From Rickettsiales bacterium (lineage in GTDB: Bacteria; Pseudomonadota; Alphaproteobacteria; Rs-D84), in assembly GCA_031288835.1 (NCBI GenBank), contig JAITQO010000006.1, positions 3,024 to 35,023 of the forward strand: a stretch of 32,000 nucleotides of DNA. The letters run 5' to 3'. The position numbers and the translations under genes are program-made. Shown in pieces: positions 25,353 through 32,000 of the stretch (the stretch's first letter is position 1; every line of letters starts with the position of its first letter). The notes below the pieces were generated by a model. The model had not been told where the DNA came from, made no database searches, and saw nothing but the letters and a program-made list of their open reading frames with translations.

Positions 25353-27338
25353 TCATGGAGTCGCCGGGGCCGACCAGCCGCGGATTTCGCCCACATTCAG
25401 CGTATTCAGCATGCAGCTCTCCGCCGGCGCCTGGCTTGCCGCGACGATTTCCGACAACAGAACGGTATTCCGCGACGAATCGGAAACCGAGGAGTTTATA
25501 CCGGTCGCCTCCTGGTTGCAAACCATCTGCTCGTAGCATGTCGGAACGTTCGACATCTGGTTGCAGAAGTTCTTTATGCGCGTGGTGTTTCCCGTCCATC
25601 CGCTCTCGCGGTTCTTATCCTGGCGGCACTGCATTATTTCGTCTATGCATTTCAGATAATTCTCCTTCGCAGTGGCCAGCGACTGCAATCTGTTGTTTTC
25701 CTTTTCCGTCGTGAACTCGAGCCTCTTTTTCTGAAGCAGCTGCGTGGCGGCGATTTTCTGATACGCCATGTTCTGCGCCTGCTTCTTCAGCTCCTCCCCG
25801 TAAACGTCGCAATCCGCGTTCGCGTCCAGAACATACTTTTGCAGGATGGACAGGCGCGCGTCCGCAATCGGCTGGCGCAATGTCGAATACGGGTCGCCCG
25901 ACGTGCTGGTGTATCCGAAGCACGCCGCGGTTCCGGTGCTGGCGGTCGTTCCCTTCGGCGTCACGAATTCAATGTCGTTTCCGTTCACGGTTATGTCGCT
26001 GTTCATGTTATACGGCCCGCTGCCGCCGCCCTGGGACGTCGGGCGGTTTCCGCACATCTCGTAAATGCCGTTGAAGCACGAATCCAGGACGCGCCCGCAC
26101 ACGTTGTTGTGCGCGTATTGGAACAGCTCGTATCCCCATGTCTGCGCCAGTTTGTCCACGCTGGTCTCCGTTTCAAACACGGAATTGCTGCCGTTGACAA
26201 TCAGGTCGACATTGTTGAACGAGCTGAACAGGTTGTCTTCATTGGAATAGTTGAACGTGTTCACTTCGTTTAAAGTGTCCGCGTATGTCTGCAGAGACGT
26301 CAGAATGTCGGAATCGGCGCCGTTCAGAATGTTCATCCATGCGTCGCCGGTTCCGTTGCCATACAACGTGTTGCAGGTCGAGTTCATCGACGACTCGCAC
26401 GACGCGGTGTCCAGCATCAGATGCGCGTCGCACCACGCCTTCATCGACGCGTTCGCCCCCAGGCGCTTTTTTTCATCCCGGAACGACACGCAGTTCAGGG
26501 ACTTTTCCGCATCGGTCAGCTCGAACGCCGAATGGATTGATTCGCCTTTCGATGCAATCAGAAGCGACAGTTCGCCCGAAACCTTCAGCAAATCCTCCTT
26601 GGCCGTCTGCAGGGTCGCCTCGACCGTATTGAACGTCTTCACGCGGCCGGCGCACGCGCAGCGCCTTTGTCCCGGATTCCGCGCGGTGCAAATCTCGTCC
26701 ATGCACGTGTAGTATGAAGACAGGCAGTTGGAATAAGAATCCGCCGACAGCATTCCGGTCGTCGGGTCAATCAGGTTGCTGTATGTGGCCTGCGCGAGCT
26801 TTGTCGTCAGAGTGCTGCCTATCGTTCCGGTTGACGCGCGTATTGCCGAGCCGGTCAATCCGACCCGCGCCTGCTGAATGCCGCCGCTGCGCGCGATGAC
26901 GCTGCGGGCCTGTCCCGTGGCGCGGATGGCCGCCGCCGGCGCGCGCGAGCGGACCGTTCTTTGCGCCGCCGCGGCCGTCGTCCTTGTCGCCCCTCCGCCG
27001 CGCACGGCCACTCCGCGCGACTGCACCGACGGCAGCGCGACGGCCGCCGTTGCTTCCCTGCCATTATTCGCATTTTGCTGAACCGAACGCGAAGACCTCG
27101 TATTGCCGGACGCGCCGCGGACGCCGCGGACGGCGCCGCCGCCCCTCTGAACACTCGCGGAAAGGATGCCGCGCGGACTTTGCGCCGACGCGGCGGCAGG
27201 CAGAACCTCCGCCTGCACAGGGTCGGCGAACGCGGCGGACACCGAGAAAACCACAAGAAAAATGAACAGAAATCCGGCGGTCAAAAACAGGCTGCCCACA
27301 AGACCCTGGATTCTGGCATATAATTGGCGAGACTTCAT
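25353..27338 (-). CDS. Large secreted cysteine-rich protein (661 aa), paralog of 17272..19758
   Basis: Signal peptide ...FLFIFLVVFSVSAAFA/DP, an R/A/S/G-rich region (residues about 39-180), then CLSSYYTCMDEICTARNPGQRRCACAGR, which aligns with the other paralog at nearly the same residue number. AGGGAG SD lies 7 nt before the ATG. Confidence 0.75.
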   Translation of the reverse strand: MKSRQLYARIQGLVGSLFLTAGFLFIFLVVFSVSAAFADPVQAEVLPAAASAQSPRGILSASVQRGGGAVRGVRGASGNTRSSRSVQQNANNGREATAAVALPSVQSRGVAVRGGGATRTTAAAAQRTVRSRAPAAAIRATGQARSVIARSGGIQQARVGLTGSAIRASTGTIGSTLTTKLAQATYSNLIDPTTGMLSADSYSNCLSSYYTCMDEICTARNPGQRRCACAGRVKTFNTVEATLQTAKEDLLKVSGELSLLIASKGESIHSAFELTDAEKSLNCVSFRDEKKRLGANASMKAWCDAHLMLDTASCESSMNSTCNTLYGNGTGDAWMNILNGADSDILTSLQTYADTLNEVNTFNYSNEDNLFSSFNNVDLIVNGSNSVFETETSVDKLAQTWGYELFQYAHNNVCGRVLDSCFNGIYEMCGNRPTSQGGGSGPYNMNSDITVNGNDIEFVTPKGTTASTGTAACFGYTSTSGDPYSTLRQPIADARLSILQKYVLDANADCDVYGEELKKQAQNMAYQKIAATQLLQKKRLEFTTEKENNRLQSLATAKENYLKCIDEIMQCRQDKNRESGWTGNTTRIKNFCNQMSNVPTCYEQMVCNQEATGINSSVSDSSRNTVLLSEIVAASQAPAESCMLNTLNVGEIRGWSAPATP

Positions 27339-27362
27339 ACAAAACTCCCTATAATCTCTCTG

Positions 27363-27371
27363 ATTATACCA
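27363..27371 (-). promoter_or_regulatory. Extended -10 element TGGTATAAT, 24 nt upstream of the ATG at 27338
   Basis: The minus strand reads GTTGGTATAATCAGAGAGATTATAGGGAGTTTTGTATG. Confidence 0.45.
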
Positions 27372-27399
27372 ACTTTTCGAAACCTGTCCAAGGGTATTT

Positions 27400-28581
27400 T
27401 TACCAACTCATGCTTTTATATGTCTTGGCGGACACCGTGTCGCCGAACATATCGCGCTTTTTCTCGGACAATGTTTGGAATGTATCGCTGGAAATCACGC
27501 GCAAAACGAACGAATCGTCGTTTCTCTGCGACAACACCGGAATAATCCGTCTGTCTATAATCCCGGAATCCTTCAGTACCTGCTCTATGATTGCCAGCCT
27601 TCTCGCCGCCAGTTTCCGCCCGTCATACGTCCGCGTGCCGCGCTCGGAGATGGAAACCTGAACCGCGCGTTTCGGATTCGCCGCGACTATGCCGGCGTAT
27701 TCGGCGAGCAGGTTATAATTGTCGCGCGACAGCGCCGAATCGTCGTCGTTGAACGCGATTTTGATTTCAAGCGGGCGCACGCCGCCGCCCTCGGACAAAT
27801 CCCGGGACGAATCGAACCCGACTGTGGATTCGCTGAAAGACGCTTCGTCGAATCCATCGTCAACCTGATATGTCGACAAATGCTTGTTTTCCGACGTGAA
27901 TGTCTTCTTGAATGCCTTTTTCAATTGGGACGGCGACAATTTGGTCAAAGGAACTTCGCCTTTATATGCAAACTCATCATCCAAAGAGGCCATGTTTTCG
28001 GCATTCGGGGCGGGCGTTTTCTTGACCGGAACAAAGCGCGGTGCCGATTTGATTACGGACGGCGCCGATTTGGCGGCCGGAACAACGTTTTTTTTGCGCG
28101 GCGAGTCTTCGCCGGAATCATTCCCCCTGACTACGACATCAACGTTTTTCTTCGCGCGGCCGACGCTGTTTTGAACCGGCTGAACGCGAACTTTCGCGGG
28201 GGCCACGACCCTTGACGCCGCGAAAAACCTTTTCGGCTCGTCATCCAGAGTTTCCTCCGGCAGGAAAAAATCCGACGAAGACGCCACAGAATACTCGGAT
28301 TCGTCCGGCATGCGCAGCGGGGCCTCCCCGCTGTTCGACCACAAGTCCACGGCCGGCTTCCTCGGAATCAAAAGTTCGCGACTCGCGTCTCGCGTCTCGC
28401 GACTCGCGGTTCTCGGCGGTTCGGGCGTCGTATTTGCAAACTTGGGAACATATGCCGGCTCCACCCCGTATAAATCCAGCGCGGACACGGTTTTCGCCGG
28501 GTTTACTGGCGGCAGCTCGCCGATTGCGAACGCGTTTGCCGCAAACAAAGCGGCCGGCAATGTCAAATGGATTCTGGACAT
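27400..28581 (-). CDS. Secreted/periplasmic protein with a degenerate C-terminal OmpA/MotB-like domain (393 aa)
   Basis: Start at ATG 28581, preceded by AAGGAAGGAAAGGA. Signal peptide MSRIHLTLPAALFAANAFA. A long low-complexity middle region is followed by the C-terminus IKIAFNDDDSALSRDNYNLLAEYAGIVAANPKRAVQVSISERGTRTYDGRKLAARRLAIIEQVLKDSGI, which follows the OmpA-C pattern (F..dsa.L......L....I.i.G.tD.....N..LS..RA..V...L...Gi). Confidence 0.6.
   Translation of the reverse strand: MSRIHLTLPAALFAANAFAIGELPPVNPAKTVSALDLYGVEPAYVPKFANTTPEPPRTASRETRDASRELLIPRKPAVDLWSNSGEAPLRMPDESEYSVASSSDFFLPEETLDDEPKRFFAASRVVAPAKVRVQPVQNSVGRAKKNVDVVVRGNDSGEDSPRKKNVVPAAKSAPSVIKSAPRFVPVKKTPAPNAENMASLDDEFAYKGEVPLTKLSPSQLKKAFKKTFTSENKHLSTYQVDDGFDEASFSESTVGFDSSRDLSEGGGVRPLEIKIAFNDDDSALSRDNYNLLAEYAGIVAANPKRAVQVSISERGTRTYDGRKLAARRLAIIEQVLKDSGIIDRRIIPVLSQRNDDSFVLRVISSDTFQTLSEKKRDMFGDTVSAKTYKSMSW
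28376..28409. repeat. Tandem heptanucleotide array TCGCGAC TCGCGTC TCGCGTC TCGCGAC TCGCG
   Basis: Read directly from the sequence. It lies inside the OmpA-like CDS and encodes TASRETRDASRE. Confidence 0.8.
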
Positions 28582-28655
28582 TCCTTTCCTTCCTTGGATG
28601 AAGTTTAGAAAAAATTGCCATTGCCACGCAAGCATTTTTTTTGTAATCTGTGCGC

Positions 28656-30101
28656 ATGTGGGAGGGAGATATAAAATCCTCGGGCAATTTCATGTTGCAG
28701 GCATTGCTGGCGCTGGCGCTGGTCATCGCCTTTCTGCCAATGTTCGTGAAGAAAGTGGCGGACAAAAACACGAACCGCGAAAACATCGCGGTTGTCCAGC
28801 AAATCACGTCCGCGTTCGACGCCGCGCGCGCGTTCATATATGAGGAGTTCGACAATTTTCCCAACGGCGTGGAGACATTTTCCGGCGATGAATTCGTCCG
28901 GACGCTCGAGCCATACGGACTGCCGCTCGGCTTTGTTCCCCGCACGCCCCTCGGGCAAAGCATTTCACTGGTGGTCAGCAAGAACGGGAAAGACATTCTT
29001 GCGGCGCTTGTCGTCGACGGCGGGAAACTCGGCCGGTTCCGCCGCGCGGAAATCATGGCGCGCATAGGATTCTGGGGTATGCTGGCCGACGGGGACGGCC
29101 CGCTCAAAGGGGCGACGGGCGGGTGGAGCATGTCCGACGTTCCGAACGGCGTAACCTTCAATCCGGACGACATTCTGGTTCTTGTTCCCGAAGAAGAGGA
29201 GTTTTCTGAGCTGATTCTGCGCAATGCAAAGAATCCGGACAAAAACATTTTCCACACAAACATCAAAATGGACGGAAACAACATAACGTCCGTCGCCGCG
29301 CTTTCGGCGAACAACGGGAAAATCAAAAACGTCGCGGCCAGCGATTTTCTGCTGTCGGGAATCGAAACCGACAGGAAAAATAAGAACGACATCGGCCTTG
29401 TCCGCGCAAGAAAGGTTTGGTTTTCGGCGGCGAACGGAAATCCTTTGACCATCGTCCGCTCGGATTTGCGGACGGGGCTTTTCTCGGCGACGTCCGTCGC
29501 GAACTACGGAGACGCGCCGAATTTGACGGCAAGAAACGTCGAGGTGCGCGATTTCAGCATGGCGGCGGGAAAGACGGGCTTTGCCGGGCCATCGCAATGG
29601 AACATAAACACGACCGCAAGCTTCACGAATATAACCCTGAATGTCGAAAGGCTGAGCCTGTCGTCGTTTCTGGACACCAGCCGCGGCCAGGACATATTCC
29701 TGAACGAAGACGGCAGCAGTTTGGAATACATGGCGGGCAGCGGCATCCGCGCGAAGACGCTCAGAACCGACAACATAATCTTCCGCGACCAGATTTCAAG
29801 CGAGCTTCTGAGCGGCGGCACCGGCGCGGCGCTTTTGGAAATCCGGCCGGCCGGAACCACTTCCCTGCCCGACGCGTCGCTTGCCGGAATAAACAACGAC
29901 CAACTGAAGATTCCGATATCGGCCGAAGACAACTCCGGAAAACTGGAAACATGCAGGGCAATAATCTCGCGGCTCGGCGGAAAATACAACGCGGCGTCGC
30001 TGGCGGACAACATCGTGTGCCGCTTCGTCCTATACAACAGGATCGAGCGGCGCATAGAAATAAAAAAATGCCTTCTCGACGGAGGAACGCAATGCATCTA
30101 G
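28656..30101 (+). CDS. Large pilin-like protein 1 (481 aa): prepilin-type N-terminus and PilV-like blocks
   Basis: The N-terminus MWEGDIKSSG/NFMLQALLALALVIAFLPMF is a short polar leader ending in Gly followed by about 20 hydrophobic residues. It shares blocks with the next two genes. The start is uncertain (GTG 28650, ATG 28656 or ATG 28692) and has no SD. Confidence 0.6.
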   Translation: MWEGDIKSSGNFMLQALLALALVIAFLPMFVKKVADKNTNRENIAVVQQITSAFDAARAFIYEEFDNFPNGVETFSGDEFVRTLEPYGLPLGFVPRTPLGQSISLVVSKNGKDILAALVVDGGKLGRFRRAEIMARIGFWGMLADGDGPLKGATGGWSMSDVPNGVTFNPDDILVLVPEEEEFSELILRNAKNPDKNIFHTNIKMDGNNITSVAALSANNGKIKNVAASDFLLSGIETDRKNKNDIGLVRARKVWFSAANGNPLTIVRSDLRTGLFSATSVANYGDAPNLTARNVEVRDFSMAAGKTGFAGPSQWNINTTASFTNITLNVERLSLSSFLDTSRGQDIFLNEDGSSLEYMAGSGIRAKTLRTDNIIFRDQISSELLSGGTGAALLEIRPAGTTSLPDASLAGINNDQLKIPISAEDNSGKLETCRAIISRLGGKYNAASLADNIVCRFVLYNRIERRIEIKKCLLDGGTQCI

Positions 30102-31216
30102 AACGCGGAGCGTCTTTGCTGGAAATGATGTTCGCAATCGCGATTGTCGCGGTCGCGATGCCGTTCGCATACCGCCAGGTGTCGGATATCGGGCGAAACA
30201 TGAAAATAATGGCCGAGGCGCGGAAAATCATATCCGACGCGGACCCGATAAAAAACCATATTCGCCTGCATGACGCCGAGTTCGCGCCGGACGAGCTGAC
30301 GCTGGTTGAAACGGACGACGAAAACAAAAGATTCTACGTCTCCAAGACAGGCGGCGGAACGACCGCGTTTCTTGTCGTGAAAAACGGATGGGACGGCCTC
30401 TCCGCGCACAAAATCGCGCGCGCAATCGGAACCGACGCCGCGGTCTCCGAAGAGGACGGCGCGGCATACGGCGTTTCCGGCGAATGGGCGATTTCGTTCG
30501 ACGGGCTGGAACCCGGCGACATAGTGTATAGAATCGACGCCGCGAAATCCGGCGGCGACACGGCGAAATACCTGCACAGGACGATTTTGTCCGAAGGAGA
30601 ATTGTCGACGATGAAGAGGGATATGTCGATGGGCAACTTCTCGATAAGAAACGCGGGCGGGATTGCGGCGAAGAAACTGAACGCGTCCGAGCTGAACGCG
30701 TCGCTGGTGAAGACGCCGGCAATCGCCGCGAATTCGCTTTACTTTTCCGACGGGCTGAACCTGAATCCGGACAAGGCGAAGTTTCCGGGCGTCCGCGTGA
30801 ACGGCGACGCGGTATGGTTCAGAAATCTTTTCGCGGACGATTTCAACAGCGGACACGGGACGCTAACCGCCGACCGCGCCTCGATTTCCGACAAACTGAC
30901 GGTATCGAACAAGTTCGAAGTCAAGTCGTCATACTCCCGAACAATCAGCGGCTTTGCGGGCGTCGCGGCCGGAATCGCCAGAACCGCGTTCCTGGACGCC
31001 GACAGCCTGACGTTCCTGCCTGGATTCGGACTGACCGTTTCAAGCGAGCTGTTGTATTCGGCGACGCCGCCAGTCAAACTCGGGTCGTGGACGTTCCCCA
31101 ACTCGTCCGGCGCCGGGCCGAAGTTCAATTCATTGAGGCTGCGGAACCTGGGCGGCGGCGAGATTGCGCCGAACGTTTCGGATTTTTCCAAAATATTGAA
31201 GGAGGGTTGGCGATGA
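30092..31216 (+). CDS. Large pilin-like protein 2 (374 aa)
   Basis: GGAGGA lies 5 nt before the ATG at 30092. There is a 10-nt overlap with the upstream stop. N-terminus MHLERG/ASLLEMMFAIAIVAVAMPF has Glu at +5. The Arg-rich 225-codon extension in the track ORF (29417..) overlaps gene 1 and is rejected. Confidence 0.7.
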   Translation: MHLERGASLLEMMFAIAIVAVAMPFAYRQVSDIGRNMKIMAEARKIISDADPIKNHIRLHDAEFAPDELTLVETDDENKRFYVSKTGGGTTAFLVVKNGWDGLSAHKIARAIGTDAAVSEEDGAAYGVSGEWAISFDGLEPGDIVYRIDAAKSGGDTAKYLHRTILSEGELSTMKRDMSMGNFSIRNAGGIAAKKLNASELNASLVKTPAIAANSLYFSDGLNLNPDKAKFPGVRVNGDAVWFRNLFADDFNSGHGTLTADRASISDKLTVSNKFEVKSSYSRTISGFAGVAAGIARTAFLDADSLTFLPGFGLTVSSELLYSATPPVKLGSWTFPNSSGAGPKFNSLRLRNLGGGEIAPNVSDFSKILKEGWR

Positions 31217-32000
31217 AGGGCGAGCGCGGCGCCGGTTTGCTGGAATTACTGCTGGCCATGGCGATATTCATGGAGATTCTTCCGTTCGTATACAACTTCG
31301 TGAAAAAACACAGGGAGCAGGCGGAGAATGTCGCGATTGTAAAAAAAATAAGGACTGTGCAAAACGCCCTCGAGCAATACATTTCGGACAACAGGCAGAA
31401 ACTGCTCGCGCCCGTGTCCAAAAACGTCGCGCGCGTCCGTCTGTCCGAGCTGAAGGGAGTTTCCCCTGACGAACTCGGCGCCGCGAAAATAGAACTGCGC
31501 GTGGTGAAGTCAAAGGATTCGGCCGGGCATTCGTTCGTGCAGGGGATTGTGATTTTCGATTCGCCGTCGCTGTCGCCGCTCCGGACCCGGCAAATCGCGG
31601 CGGCCGGCGGACAGGCGGCGGGCTTCGCGGACGGGCTGATGCTTTACGGCTCGTTCGGAACATGGCAGGCGCCGATGTCGTCAATCGGCGCGGCAGTCGG
31701 CGGCCATTCGATTCTGGCGGAAACGCGGACGTTCAGAAGCGGGGGCGACTATCTGCAGCGCCTGCCCAGCGCGGACCCGCTGGACGCGACTATGCAGTCG
31801 GACATGGACCTCGGCGGGCACGACATAGAGGACGCGAAGACAATAACATCGGTCGGCGCCAGATTCCTCGACACAGTGGAAACCGACGGGATAGAGGCCT
31901 CGAAAATGACCGTTCTGAACCGCATGGACTGGACTGCGCCGCTCGAAACGTTCGGCGACGCGACGGTGAACGGCGCGATTTCGTCGGACGGGCGCTCGAT
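31213..32000 (+). CDS. Large pilin-like protein 3 (partial, at least 262 codons; runs off the right edge)
   Basis: Not in the ORF track (no stop in the window). I checked the frame and it is open from 31213 to 32000. GGAGGG lies 6 nt before the ATG, which forms an ATGA overlap with the upstream stop. N-terminus MKGERG/AGLLELLLAMAIFMEILPF. Confidence 0.7.
   Translation, partial: MKGERGAGLLELLLAMAIFMEILPFVYNFVKKHREQAENVAIVKKIRTVQNALEQYISDNRQKLLAPVSKNVARVRLSELKGVSPDELGAAKIELRVVKSKDSAGHSFVQGIVIFDSPSLSPLRTRQIAAAGGQAAGFADGLMLYGSFGTWQAPMSSIGAAVGGHSILAETRTFRSGGDYLQRLPSADPLDATMQSDMDLGGHDIEDAKTITSVGARFLDTVETDGIEASKMTVLNRMDWTAPLETFGDATVNGAISSDGRS

Noticed and set aside
28241-29452. 403-aa minus-strand ORF spanning the divergent intergenic region
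   Set aside because: It overlaps both the OmpA-like gene and pilin-like gene 1, which have SDs or conserved blocks. Its sequence is low-complexity Ser/Pro/Arg-rich.
29417-30091. 225-codon Arg-rich N-terminal extension of the 599-aa track ORF
   Set aside because: It overlaps pilin-like gene 1 in another frame. A GGAGGA SD and a prepilin-type N-terminus mark the real start at 30092.
28656-32000. Shufflon-type DNA inversion system (given the PilV-like N-terminal blocks)
   Set aside because: I saw no recombinase gene, no alternative promoterless C-terminal cassettes, and no obvious repeated crossover sites in the visible part. This cannot be excluded beyond 32000.
1-32000. CRISPR arrays, rRNA genes, transposases or integrases, and diversity-generating retroelements linked to the Cys-rich genes
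   Set aside because: I found no regularly spaced direct repeats, no rRNA-like sequence, and no ORF with transposase, integrase or reverse-transcriptase motifs on either strand.

Overview
Most of this window is core genes on the minus strand. Three observations suggest an alphaproteobacterium (inference only): a Cys-less L31, the rmuC-def-fmt-truA order, and a MerR-type regulator with a small coupled ORF. From left to right the window holds: a partial secreted Cys-rich protein; infC; a small ORF; tRNA-Pro(GGG); a degenerate IMPase/SuhB-like protein; rpmE; truA; fmt; def; rmuC; an AT-rich gap with broken ORFs; a marR-tolC-(mini adaptor)-RND efflux operon; a dcw fragment (mraY-ftsW-murG) headed by a large secreted Cys-rich protein; a MerR-family regulator; gyrA; and plsC. 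The right-hand 7.5 kb looks accessory. It holds a small secreted Cys-rich protein with an overlapping possible papain-like ORF, a third large secreted Cys-rich paralog, and an OmpA-like-domain protein. Divergent from these are three translationally coupled, large proteins with prepilin-type N-termini and PilV (type IVb minor pilin)-like blocks. The best candidate for a new system is this triad of pilin-like proteins together with the divergent OmpA-like gene and the recurrent Cys-rich secreted family. No pilus ATPase, secretin, prepilin peptidase, major pilin or recombinase is visible in the window. No CRISPR array, rRNA, transposase or integrase was recognised. All family assignments rest on reading motifs by eye, not on database searches.
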